From assembly GCA_000320545.1 (NCBI GenBank), contig ADNK01001382.1:18706-82705 (forward strand): a DNA stretch of 64,000 nt, in the 5' to 3' direction. The notes beneath the pieces were generated by a model that saw nothing but the letters and a program-made list of their open reading frames with translations, did not search any database and had not been told where the DNA came from. The DNA comes from Bigelowiella natans CCMP2755 (lineage: Eukaryota > Protista > Cercozoa). The translations under genes and the position numbers were made by a program. Positions 52,402 to 64,000 of this stretch are shown here, in pieces (within the stretch, counting starts at the first letter, position 1; the number at the start of each line of letters is the position of its first letter).

Positions 52402-53008
52402 CGCCCGAAGCCACCAGCTCCATTCTGCAGCAGAGGTGGGGTACTATTTCCTACTCCTAGGCAGAAGTATTACGATGTTATCCCGAGTGAAAGCTGCCAA
52501 CCTCTTTTTTAGATATCAATCATGCGGAAAATATCTGACAACAACAAAGATAACACCCACAACACCCACAACACCCACAACAACAACACACCAAGCACAC
52601 TCGAAGACTTTTCCTGGGTTGTTGATACATCGATGAAAAACACCTTAATTTGACATTGCGAAGTCGGGTCAAAAATCAAGGGAAGAACAACCAACGAACT
52701 GTATTGCTCTTGTGCCGATTGTGCTTGCTTCTTGTGCTTCCAGACACTCCTGAGATTCGCCCCCGCACTCATCGTAAGCGCGAAGGTAGATCCGCGGGTG
52801 GGTGATTGCATTGGCTTGCATCTTTGGGCTGCTGCTATACGACCTAACCTGCTGCTGTACAATCTAAGCTGCTGCTGTGTGCAGACTGCGCAACCTAAGA
52901 GTCAGCAGCAGGTTCTTTCCGCTGTGTTGCACAAATCTCAAACAAATCCTTCCCCCTTCTCTTCCTTTCTCGCAACCCTTCCCCGAAGGTTCCAAGAGCA
53001 CAAATAAC

Positions 53009-53891
53009 ATGGCGACCGTTGGCACCCTCGGATCTAAAATCCCTGACTTTACCCTTGATTCTACCGCAGGGAAGAAGTCTCTTTACGAGGTTGCCACGTT
53101 TGCCCATGTTGCTCTTCTGGGCTCCACTGAAATCACTGCCCCCCTCTTCCTGCTATCCCTCCTCTCAGGTCTTTGGCGATAACTGGGGCATTTTATTCTC
53201 GCATCCTGCTGATTTCACTCCGATTTGCACCACGGAGCTTGGCATGGCTGAGGTGCATTTCCCATGTTCGAATCTTAAACACAAATCCAAATCTCCCCGC
53301 CGCACACTTTAAGGCGAAATAGGGATTATTCTGAGCGCATGGCGTCACTTTTTGCAGGAGTACATGGAAGATTTCAAGAAACGCAACGTATCCATTGCTG
53401 GCCTGTCATGCAACGATGCCAAATCGCATGAGAAGTGGCTTGAGGACATCGCCGCCTACACGAAGCAGAAGCGTGGCAAAGAATTCAAACCGGCATACCC
53501 CATTTTTGCCGACACTGAGCGGAAAGTTGCCCATTCCCTTGGGATGATTAATCTAGATCACGTTAACGCCAAGGGAATCCCTCTCCCCGCCCGCAAAGTT
53601 TTCATCGTCGACCCAAAGAAGATCATCAAGCTAACCCTTTGTTACCCTGCTGCAACTGGTCGCAATTTCGACGAGATCCTTAGAGTGCTGGACAGCCTTC
53701 AGCTAACCTCATATAAGAAGCTTGCGACTCCTGCAAACTGGAAGGTTGGAGATGACTGCGTGCTCCTCCCGAACGTGCAGGGTAAAGAGGCAGAAACCTA
53801 CAAGCCCCAACTCGTTGAACTTCCCTCCGGTAAGGAGTATCTCCGAATTGTTAAATGTCCAGAGCAATGGCCAAAGAAGGCAATCGAGTAA
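53009..53891 (+). CDS. PRDX6: 1-Cys peroxiredoxin (Prx6 subfamily), 3 exons
   Basis: Exons 53009-53089, 53169-53252 and 53358-53891 give WGILFSHPADFTPICTTELG, PARKVFIVDP, YPAATGRNFDEILRVLDSLQL, ATPANWKVGD, ELPSGKEYLR. Confidence 0.95.
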
Positions 53892-55070
53892 AAAAACACC
53901 GATATGGAATGCACTTAATTCCACTTTGTACCCAAATCTGTCTAGAAACATCATGATATGCATTACCGGAGCAGCACCCCATACCGATTGCGGCGTATGT
54001 GGTGCTCATCTGCTGTAGCAATGTAATGCTTATCACACAAATTACATCATAGCAACTAATTGACATAATTAATGACACAAGTAAGGAATCTAATGATACA
54101 TGTAACAATATATATGTGTACATGAATGTACATTCTCATTTTGTGTACATCTGTCATCGTAAGCAAGGCGCACATGATCGAAGTGCACGACTAGGGGAGG
54201 TGCAATGCATGGGGCGCGACATCTGGACAGCAAATTATACGAATACCATGATCTGTGATTGGCTACCCGAGAAGGAGCTCATATACTCATCAGAAAATCT
54301 ATATAAATCGAATAGGTTATTATACATGAAAACCTCACATTCTAGCATTGCGTGGCACAACAAATCACATGTAACAATTATATAAAGCATGCTTCACAAA
54401 ATATGAACAAGGCCTAATGCAACAAATGTTGCGCACCATGCTCCTAGTCCATGCGCGGGCGCTGGGCCAGCAATGAAGCATGTGACATGCAGCAGATTCC
54501 CTGTGTTTATTTACTGGCTCACGTGGCGCACAGCAGACATGGATAATTTAGCTGCTACGTTGTGTAGACCATTATCTAGCTAGTATCCCAATAGGAGATC
54601 TGATCGATGAGGTGTTTGACAGGTAACACTGATTTTGATGGTTGCGTTGCACATGTCAAGCAATCTAAATTTGTGTACGCTATTTCTGTGCCTGCATGCG
54701 CCAAAAAAATCGCACAAATGAAATTGCACTCATATAAATTGTAGTTTTCGTTCCTTGGTTGTAAATTACAATGTGAACACAGGCTATATGCTCTACACTG
54801 CTATGTCATCGAATTTGCTGCCTTTATGCGAGGGGAGACCCAATTAGGAAAGAAATGGGTATATATTCTAAAGCCTGACCTCGCCAAAAGAGTGAGGCAA
54901 ATTAATGGTATCACTACAACCTAGTAGGTAAAAGCATGCCGTCAAAGAAACAAAAAAAACGATAAACACAAGTCAAATTGCTTCTTACTATGAAGAAACT
55001 GGCCAGAAATGTCTTCAGTAAACCCCACACGTTTGTCTAGAGATTGCATGAAGAGTGGGATCTTAGAAGA

Positions 55071-55864
55071 TCATGTTGAAACCAAGAAAGCGTCGACGTC
55101 AGCAAGTAAGTATACCCTGATAGACCGTTGCTCTTCGTCGCACACCTCTTTCAACATCCTATGCTTCCGATCATCAGCGTATCTATAATTGAGCAACGAG
55201 TCACGGACACAAATGATACATTCAGTAAACTGCGACCTAAGATTGGCAGCAGCGATGTTTGCAATGTCCTCACTATCGTCCAATTTCAAGAAGTACCGAG
55301 CTAGGAAGATGATAAATCAAACAATGAGTTAGCGATTTCCACATAAACAGTCACGTGAAGTGGGCAGTAAGTAAATAATATACTCTTAAGGGAGCGCTGG
55401 TAAGGATCTTTCTCGTCCATTCTTTGATTCTTAATGGTAAAAAAATAAGTTTCTTGCAGACTTAAAATCGAGAGAAAAAGACGTGGATATCAGTACTACA
55501 TTCAGCCGCCGAATTATCTTTCCGCGCTTCCCATTGAACTTGACGTCGCTACTCAGGTCCACGATCATAATCTGAAGGAAAATCGAACACAAGATCAAAA
55601 GCCGTTTTTTTTAAAGCTACATCGAAGAGTACTTCGATGGGATGCAACTATATGTCAACCAGATCAAAATTAAGTAAATGTTTTCTCCTCTTCGCTCACC
55701 TCATCGTCCGGTTTGAACTCCCAAAGATTCTTTGCTCCCAGGCACCGGTCAGCATCAACACTTGTGATGAACGATATGAAAAATAATACTACGCTTCGAA
55801 GAATGCCCCTAAGCGACGCGCAGATATTTGAGAGAGACGTGGACACGGAAGACGAGGTCGCCAT
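55071..55864 (-). CDS. Small hypothetical protein with an SH3-like 'V.I..L....NG..G....RY....NL' module, multi-exon
   Basis: Spliced FKPDDE|IMIVDLSSDVKFNGKRGKIIRRLN|...|TRYFLKLDDSEDIANIAAANLR. Hydrophobic N-terminal segment. Start tentative. Confidence 0.5.
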
Positions 55865-55997
55865 TGGGGGGTGGGCGATGCCTGCCCTCGTTGTTCCGTT
55901 CGAAATTATGTCGAAATGTTGTTCATTTTTCTTGAGAGACAAGTCAATATCCTTGTCGCAAGAAGACAAGTGGCAATTCTAACACCGGTGAGGTTTT

Positions 55998-56245
55998 GGG
56001 ATTGAGATGGAACACAAGACGCTCTTATCATAGCAAAAAGCCGAACGAGTGTGCCGTGGCTCCTAGTGGGATTGAGATTGAACACAAGAAGAGTTTATCA
56101 TAGCAAAATGCCGAACGCTTGTGCCGTGGCTCCTAGTGGGATTGAGATGGAACACAAGAAGAGTTATCATAGCAAAAAGCCGAACGTGTGTGCCGTGGCT
56201 CCTAGTGGGATTGAGATGAAACACAAGAAGAGTTATCATACCAAA
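55998..56245 (+). repeat. Tandem repeat, ~3.5 copies of 69-70 bp, overlapping a gene start
   Basis: Unit gggattgagatggaacacaagaagagttatcatagcaaaaagccgaacgtgtgtgccgtggctcctagt starting at 55998, 56068, 56138 and 56207. Confidence 0.95.
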
Positions 56246-56932
56246 AGGCAGAAGCCGGACCTGTATAGCGTGGCATCTGATGGATTTGAGATAGAGAAGC
56301 CTGGTAGTAGCTTCAACTTTTTACGGCCTCCCTCTTCGACAGATGAAAGATTAATCATTCCTCATCTCCTAAACAGCGCGGGGTTAACTACGTTTATACC
56401 AGATGAATACTGCACAATGCCAGAACAGTTGAAGAAATTAGATATCGATCCTAATCTATGGAGTAACTGGGCCACTAGTACGAAGGAACGTGCTGCTGAA
56501 CTACCCGTATACAAAATTGGTTGTGTTTTGAATGCTTTGGCTAGCTTACTTATTTGTTGTCCCTGCGTATTGTACATGTATAGCCATAATGAAGGTGTTA
56601 TCGAAAATTTTAGGGAAGAAGCGTTGACAGATTTAAACAAAAACGTGCTCGGTAGTGAAGGATTTAGAGACGCGAAATTGCAAACGGCAGAAGCTACTAT
56701 TGGTGCGGGAGAAGATACTGTTACCAAGAACATTGAATGGTTGGCTATTCCCCTGACAGACTCGGACGCTGCTATTCTTAATCAAACGAACTGGAAATAC
56801 CGATACGAAAAAAGAAGTCATCCAGATGGAGGAGGAATACTGGTGGAAATACCAGAAGGTGAAATTTGTCCTGCAGGATTTTGCATGTGTTGCTGCTGTT
56901 ACACATATCCGTGTGGATTGTATTATTACTAG
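56108..56932 (+). CDS. Cys-rich, probably palmitoylated membrane-associated protein, weakly ERF4/golgin-A7-like; intronless
   Basis: MPEQLKKLDIDPNLW...GCVLNALASLLICCPCVLY...LTDLNKNVLGSEG and C-terminal FCMCCCCYTYPC. The family call is by eye only. Confidence 0.6.
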   Translation: MPNACAVAPSGIEMEHKKSYHSKKPNVCAVAPSGIEMKHKKSYHTKRQKPDLYSVASDGFEIEKPGSSFNFLRPPSSTDERLIIPHLLNSAGLTTFIPDEYCTMPEQLKKLDIDPNLWSNWATSTKERAAELPVYKIGCVLNALASLLICCPCVLYMYSHNEGVIENFREEALTDLNKNVLGSEGFRDAKLQTAEATIGAGEDTVTKNIEWLAIPLTDSDAAILNQTNWKYRYEKRSHPDGGGILVEIPEGEICPAGFCMCCCCYTYPCGLYYY

Positions 56933-57059
56933 AAAAAGAGGAAAATATCGAGATGCTGAAAGAGATAATCAAAAGACAAGGAGAATCAAAGAATTAGAAG
57001 CACAATTGAAAAACAAAAGGAATTTGTCGAGTCGAGAAAGTGGTCAAGAACTTACCTGA

Positions 57060-58290
57060 TTTAGAAGGAAAAATGAATGAACCATGACCATTTTGACTCC
57101 AAGCATTCAAAAAAAACATGAGACACATGCGATCGCAGCCAATGAATGTGCTCACATTCATGCGAAAATAAAGGACACAAACGATCGTACATCCACAGAC
57201 AATGGAACGTGTGTGCAAATTTCACAACTTGGTGCATGTGTGGGCGGCAAGCTCATGAGCTAGAAACATGTGTGTGAAAAACTTTAGAAAACGTGTGTTG
57301 CAAGGAACGTGTGTGCGAAACTGCATATGTTCGTTGCGCGCGCATGTGGCACAGCCTCGATCAATGATGGCTCTGCCATTCGATGATGCAGTTTCAATTC
57401 TACGTACCTGCCTTGTGCGGAACACATCAACATCGCACCAGTCTAGCAGTGCGTGCCTGGATGTGTCCATTGCCATGATTGGAAACTTTTCATCCATTCG
57501 TGCACTCGCTTCCCGATGCGACTCACGTCTCACATCGTCTTGATCACGGCGTTGACCCTGCCTAGCCCACACGTGGAGGCAAAATGGTCATCGTAGCAGT
57601 GCGTTGAGTTGTGATATAGTGAGTTCGCAGACAGCTAGTGCCTGCCATGCTAGCAAGCAAGAGCATGCTAGTAGCGTGCATGTGTGTACGTGTCGTGCGC
57701 ACGCATGTCACACCGTTGCATCACGCTGCGCGCGAGGCGCGAGGCTCCCGTCACCACCACAGTGTGCGATGCAGTGTGCGATGGCCATGCCAGCAGCCCA
57801 GCTAAACCTGCCTTTTCGTCGCTGCACTGCACACATCTGACTGCTACACTGCGAACGAAATGAAGCGATGAACTCTTCAAGTCTTGCTTGCTCTTATTCT
57901 GGCTGATGCGCAATCTTCCTCAGTAGTCGCTTATAGTCGCTATAGTTGTTGATGTGTTTCATTATATCATCAATATAATCAATCGACAACACCACGCCAG
58001 CGTGGGCAGTCGTGATGATGGAGCCCGCCATGCACGCACGCAGCGCTAGCTAGCGTGTGTCGACGCCTGTGTACTATAGACACAGTATATATAGTATATA
58101 CCATATATACGTATATCTATTGTGTATGCGCATCCGGGTAAGCATGTCTAGATGTGGACATGTTTGGTAAAATGATGTAACAACAAATGCATTTCAATCC
58201 TCAATACGCACCCGAAGTTGCATCTCTTCGTGTCATATAAAATGTTACATGTTACATTTACATAGCTCATATTTCGTGCCTGAATGTTTT
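57060..58290. other. Convergent intergenic spacer rich in CATG/TGCA/GCGC/GCTAGC
   Basis: gccatgctagcaagcaagagcatgctagtagcgtgcatgtg and cagcgctagctagcgtg between two convergent stop codons. Confidence 0.55.
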
Positions 58291-58303
58291 CGGCCTTCCT
58301 AGT

Positions 58304-59893
58304 TCAAGATAAATTTACTTCTGCGCTATGATCTTGGCTAGGGATGAGGTCTTTTTCGGATAAGAAGCTGAAACATTGACAAAAGTAAGGTACTTTTTGA
58401 AACCCATTTTCTGCTTGGTGTTTGCGGGAAGAGACACCAACTCCTCAAGATCCATGGAAAGAGTTGAGTTGCTGTGAATAAAATGATAAGTTAAAATTCA
58501 GAATTATAGGAATGAGGAATGACTGGGAGAACTTACAATGCTTTAAATGTGATAGGATCTGTCGTCTTTCCTTTGAATTCGTTGAACGAAATCTTGAATT
58601 GCCCTCCTTCTCCTTTTGCCTCGACAAGTTTCTTCCCACAATACTCGACAACAACTCCAGTAGCTGGTTTTGTTGCAAGCGAAATGGCAAGGGTGCCACC
58701 GGCAAAATCTTCCATCATCTGCCGAATTCGTTCTTCCTTGGTAGCAGATTTAACCGCTTTCTTTGCCTTTCTGCTCTCATGATCAGCCAGGCTTTTTGCA
58801 GAGCTTATTTCACGAATGCGGCGAAGCTGTTCTTCCTCAGCAAGTTCAATTGCTTTCTAAATTTGAGAAATAAGAAATGAATGGATGCTGAGCGAATTTA
58901 AAGCAGAAAGCACCTGTTGAGACTTGCGCTTGTTAAATTCGTTCTGGCTCTCAATTGCCTTAGCCTCCCTTTTAGCTTCCTTCATAACCTTGTTTGACAG
59001 TTTAATTGCCATTTTGACAGCCTGGCGCCTGTTTAATGCGTTCTGACTTTCGACTTGGAACCGAATAAAGAAACAGTTTTTCAGAATGTGAGCATACACT
59101 ACATTAATTTTATGTTTTGGATGCAAAGAGCGTACCAGAGCGTTGTTCGCGCATAGCTTCCTTTCTGGCCTCATTGCTCATAGCTTTAGCAGCAGCGGCA
59201 CTTTCACGTCTATTTTTCTGGTTCAGGCTTTCCTGAGATTTTTGAGCCCTTATGGCTTCCTTTTTTGCCTTATCTGCCATCTTCTTTGCCTTTGCAGCAC
59301 TGACTCTTCGGTTTTTCCTATTTTCGCTCTCCACTGCCCGTTGCTCTCGCCTTGCTTCTTTCAGAGCCTCCTAAAGTTGTTGAATAAAAATTTAGTATCT
59401 TACTTAAAGACGATAATATGGGATTTTCTGTTGTGATCACTGACCGATGATGCCTTCTTTGCAGCAGCGATACTTTTTCGTCTGTTTTTCTTATTCTCGC
59501 TCTCCAATGATCGAGCCTCGCGTGCTGATTCTTTTTGGGCTTCGCTCGAGGCTTTCTGAAAAAAAAATAATACAACAGGGACAACATCAAACCCGAAACC
59601 TTTCTTCACCCCAATGTCTCATTGGAATCAAAAAGTGCTTGAGAGGTACGCAGAAATCTTCATCACACATAGCACATTAAATAAAGAAATTCTTGTCATC
59701 ATTTCAGTCCATAACATGAATGACGTCACTTAGGGAAGGCCCATGCTCGATCGAACAATGTTTGGAATTTTGAACAACGAAACTTGGAAACTGTGAAAGA
59801 GTTCGGCGGTACCCTCGCTGCTGCAAGCGATGTTCTCCTTGCTTTCTGCTCATTAGCAGCATTTTGAACGTCGTCTATCTTCTTTTCAGACAT
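58304..59893 (-). CDS. Helical/coiled-coil protein with 33-aa tandem repeats, multi-exon
   Basis: MSEKKIDDVQNAANEQK, then 5+ repeats such as NRRVSAAKAKKMADKAKKEAIRAQKSQESLNQK, then a small C-terminal beta-rich segment ending SAEVNLS*. Splice phases are consistent. Confidence 0.75.
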
Positions 59894-60248
59894 CTCGTTG
59901 TAAAGGTGACTGGACGGTGGAAGAAGGAAGGAATGTGGTGGTGGTTTGAACTTGCGGGGTAGTCGAAACTGTCTCTTCCTCAGAAGATATTTATAATTGT
60001 GTTTATACATTGCGACATCAAAAAGGCCTTTACTCTCTACATGAATAGGGGCAATTTGTGATCGGTATGATGAAGCCCGTGTTTGTGGTACATGTACATG
60101 TAATAAGGTAAGATGGCTTTCAATTATTTGTCGCAGTATGAAAAAGCATCTCATTATTAATATTCCCCGAGATCCTCTCTCCGGACTTCGGATCTCCAGG
60201 TCATCTCCATTCTCGTTCCGCCCCCCTGAGTATCCAGTACTTCACCAA

Positions 60249-62646
60249 ATGCTGTGCGTACCAGCTCTCTTCAAGGTTGTCGTTGGTTCATTCATCTTGG
60301 ACTGAGATTCTATTGTGAGAATGCGTTGAAATCTGTGTTTCCCACGACCTGCAGTTGTCTCGGGAGAGTGAGTATTCTAATATGACACTGTGCACGCAGA
60401 CTCTTGCACGTCGCACAGCCACGGCAAGGACGTCGTTCTCTTCCAAAGCCCTCCCGGCATTCAATTACACAGATCTATTTGCACAGCCGAGAAACACAGT
60501 CGAAACCCCGTACAGAAAGCTTACCGGAGACTATGTGTCAACATCCGAGGTCGGATTAGCGGAATTTAGTATTCCAAAAAACGGCGGTCACTGTACTGAG
60601 TTCTTTGGATTTTCTGGTGCATTCAGATCAAAGGTCGGAAGGTTCTCCATGTCGAGGCGGAAGGACTTACACTCTTGGCACAAAAGGTCCCAGCTTCTCT
60701 CACAATGTTGCCACCCCACGACGGGAAACACACATAGAAAAGAAACCACCTCCCGTGAACGAACGTTTTCGATAAAGATTGACGTTTAACTTATAATGGA
60801 CACTACGACACTACCCATTAAATAGGCGATGGAAGACATTGCACACTTGCTTCGACCAGGCCACCTCCAACAGGTTATCCGGCTGTTCGAAGGCTATTTG
60901 ATGTAGATGTTATCGTGTGTTGCTTTACGCCACAAATAGTCGTTAATGGTGTCAAATTAATATCGTACTGTCGGTCAGAGTTGTGACGCAATATACCACA
61001 TATGAAATGAAATGTGAGTGAATGAAAAGTGCTTCTTGTTTCTCTCCATATGCTACTGCAGCTTTCAAATATCCTCAAAGACCCCGAGGCTACCGAAAAC
61101 GACCGCTTCGTACGTGTGCATCCGTAGTGTGTACTTGTCTCTTCTCACTCGCACAAGAAACTCCTAGCAGCAGGCCAAAGCAATTTCTTTTTTAATAAGT
61201 GCCGAACTACCGCAGTAGTAAATCCATATTATCAGTGTGAGATCATAATTACTTTGGAGTCTTGAAGTCTTCTTTTACGTACACGTCTTCCACGATCCCC
61301 GCAATCACTGAAGGGTCCTTGGCTACTTTGCAGGTTGCTCTTCAATTGCTCAAGAATGCCAACATTGCCTCCGCCAAGATCCTTCCGGGCTGCCAGGTGG
61401 TTTGGATTGAACAGTGAACGAGCGAGGAGGGGAGGACGAGAAGGAGGAAGAGGAGGAGGAAAATCGTCGCATAACGCGCGCCAGTAGCGAGAAATAATGA
61501 GAAGTAGCACAGTAGTCGAAGTCGTGGTAGGGAAGATGCGCCTAACGCTGTTGTTACTCTCGAATTGCTCTCCTCTCTCCTCACAACAACGCGCAGGACA
61601 CCGGCACAGCAATTGTAATGGGGAAGAAGGGCCAATACGTGTGGACTGAGGTAGATAATACATGAAAAGCTGCTCCCTTTTGCTTAATAATGCATGTATA
61701 CTACCACACTTATTGTCTCCTTACATCGAACTCTTCCTCCTCCTCCTCCTCCTCCTCCTCCTCCTCCTCCTCGTTGCCATCTGTCCTTCTCAGGGGAGCG
61801 ACGAAGAGGCTCTTTCGCGGGGCGTGTACAACACCTACACAGGAACGAATCTGCGCTACTCCCAGGTAGTAGTCGAAGTCATAGCAAAGCTATCTACCTC
61901 AGGCAGGGGCAGGGGGGTGGGATAAAGACGCCAGTATTACGCACACTAACAACCTCACCATCATGCAGGTCGCTCCGCTGGACATGTACAAAGAGACAAA
62001 CACCGCCACAAACCTTCCGGTAGTTGTTGTGGTGGTGGTGGTGGTGGTGGAGACGAGTTTATGATCGCAGATGTGTCTGCTCACCACGTATATCATCTGT
62101 TACCGTGATGCAAGAGAGGGATGATACGCAATATTAAATCAAAGGAATAAAAAGCTCTTCTTTACTCTGCCATCGTCACCATCGTCATCACCCCCACCCA
62201 CCATCATCATCCGTCAGGCGCAAATCGATATCTTCGCAACCGAGGGCGATCAGTACAAGTTCCTCTTCATGGTAGATTATTTCGTTATTTGCTGCGGCAG
62301 CAAAGTAGCATGTCTCCATGTGCCCAACAAACACTGCATACATAACCGGCTTCTCCTCCCCCCCGTTGTCGTCGCTGCCCCCCCCCCATCTAACAACCCC
62401 AACATCATAATCATCACCCATGCATACTTCTCTAGGCCAAGGGAGGTGGATCGGCCAACAAAACGTACGTACACGCGCAACACTACTCACTCTATCCCTT
62501 CAACGACCGACTAGCACACAACAACCATGCACATAATTAGGACGCAGCAGCCAAATTACGATCGAAAACGTCGACGACGATGAATATGACAGATGGGATG
62601 AGAAGAGTGTGTGTGTGTGTGTGTGTATTATACATATGGGACACGT

Positions 62647-62678
<32 letters not shown>

Positions 62679-63257
62679 TTATATATATATATATGTGTGT
62701 GTGTGTGTGAGTGTGTGTGTGTGTGTGTACTATAATATCAGATTTCTCTTCCAACAAACGAAGGCAGTGTTGAACTCTCCGGAGGCCTTGAGGGGTTTGG
62801 GCTTTTGCTCCGCAAATCATGATGATGAGAAAGAAGAAGAAGAAGAAGAAGAAGAAGAAGAAGAAAATAATGATGGCGCACTGAATGATTACGATGAGAA
62901 TGGTGGTGGTATTCTTGCAGACCTTCTCATTATCTTCTTCTTCCTTTCCCTCCCCCCCCCCCTTCTCCTCCTCCTTCTGATTCTTCTCTCCCCTCCATTC
63001 GTTATTATAATTGCATAGATTTCTAGGCCCGAAAATCGACTCCATCGGCACTTCTGCCTGCCCCCCTTACCACCTGGCTGTGTGCATTGGTGATAATGTT
63101 GATCATGATGACGATGATGATGATGAGTGGTGACGAGTGCTGATGTGGATTATGAGGTTTGTTGTGTTGTTGTGTTGTTGTTCTTCTTCTTCTAAATCGG
63201 ACGGCATCCACACACTGCTACTACAGGTGGCCTTTCAGCTGAGATGAATCTCAAAAC

Positions 63258-63293
<36 letters not shown>

Positions 63294-63656
63294 CACGCTG
63301 TGTAGTAGTAGCAGCAGCAGCAGTAGCGGCAAATGGAGGAGATGTTACCACAAGTGCTGCTGCTGCAATATGTGGATCATGTCGAGGAGGAAGAGGAGGA
63401 AGGGATGGGTGATGAGCGATTAGGAGCCCATCATCTGCTGTTGTCCTCCTTTATCCTCCCACTAATCCTTCGTGCGAAACAATTGTTGTTGTTATTGTTG
63501 TTGTTGTTGTGGGGGGGGGAGGGAGGGGGACTGATTCCTCGCGCCACACGATGAAAAAATTAATGCTCATCTTTCCTCCCTCCAAAGGTAAAACTGGCCT
63601 CTGCTCGTTATCTTGACGACCTGCCGACAGAAGGCACTCCAGATGGTAGTGTAGTC

Positions 63657-63687
<31 letters not shown>

Positions 63688-64000
63688 TTGGGAACCGTGT
63701 GAAGTTGACATAATTACGACAAATGCACATGATGATTATGACGATGAATACAGCTTTACAGCTTTCACTGTAACAGAATTTATTGATTAAATAAGTTTTT
63801 AATTGATTGTGCTTCGACTCAACCCCCCCCCTCCCCCCCCCTCACTCAAACCACCATATTTCTCAGCCACGGCATTCCGTTGTTTGGACACCGAAAAGCG
63901 TATCCTCGAGCACTGTCAGCAGTCTGGTATTGGAGCTCAATGAGAGGTACTCCCTATTGACTTCTTGCTGATCTTGAGGATTAGAGCATGTTATCCTACG
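60249..64000 (+). CDS. fumA: Class I (Fe-S) fumarate hydratase, mitochondrial-type presequence, multi-exon, runs off the window end
   Basis: [120 protein letters not shown]. Confidence 0.95.

Noticed and set aside
1-64000. Transposons, tRNA, rRNA
   Set aside because: No transposase/RT/integrase motifs, terminal repeats, or recognisable structural RNA seen by eye; a covariance-model search was not possible

Overview
Eukaryotic, gene-dense, intron-rich nuclear DNA with short GT-AG introns, many filled with microsatellites. The style resembles a chlorarachniophyte/rhizarian protist such as Bigelowiella (inference only). About 12 genes alternate strictly in strand: MMPL/RND transporter (-), CLU-RhoGAP-TPR protein (+), truncated PYROXD2-like pseudogene (-), a large ANK-Roc-COR-CHAT-STAND gene (+), a secreted lectin/mucin-like protein (-), a 736-codon ORF (+), a hypothetical gene (-), 1-Cys peroxiredoxin (+), a small hypothetical gene (-), a Cys-rich ERF4-like protein (+), a 33-aa repeat helical protein (-) and class I fumarate hydratase (+, partial). 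The standout is the gene at 19768-30565, a predicted myristoylated, NLR-like receptor. Its ankyrin repeats are each encoded by a 99-nt phase-1 exon in a ~530-bp tandem exon+intron cassette. These exons are identical at every scaffold codon and differ only at ligand-facing (DARPin-type) positions. They are joined to a Roc-COR GTPase, a caspase-like CHAT domain with its His/Cys dyad, and a STAND NTPase, which makes it a candidate diversifying immune-receptor system. All gene models were spliced by eye, so boundaries are approximate where stated.
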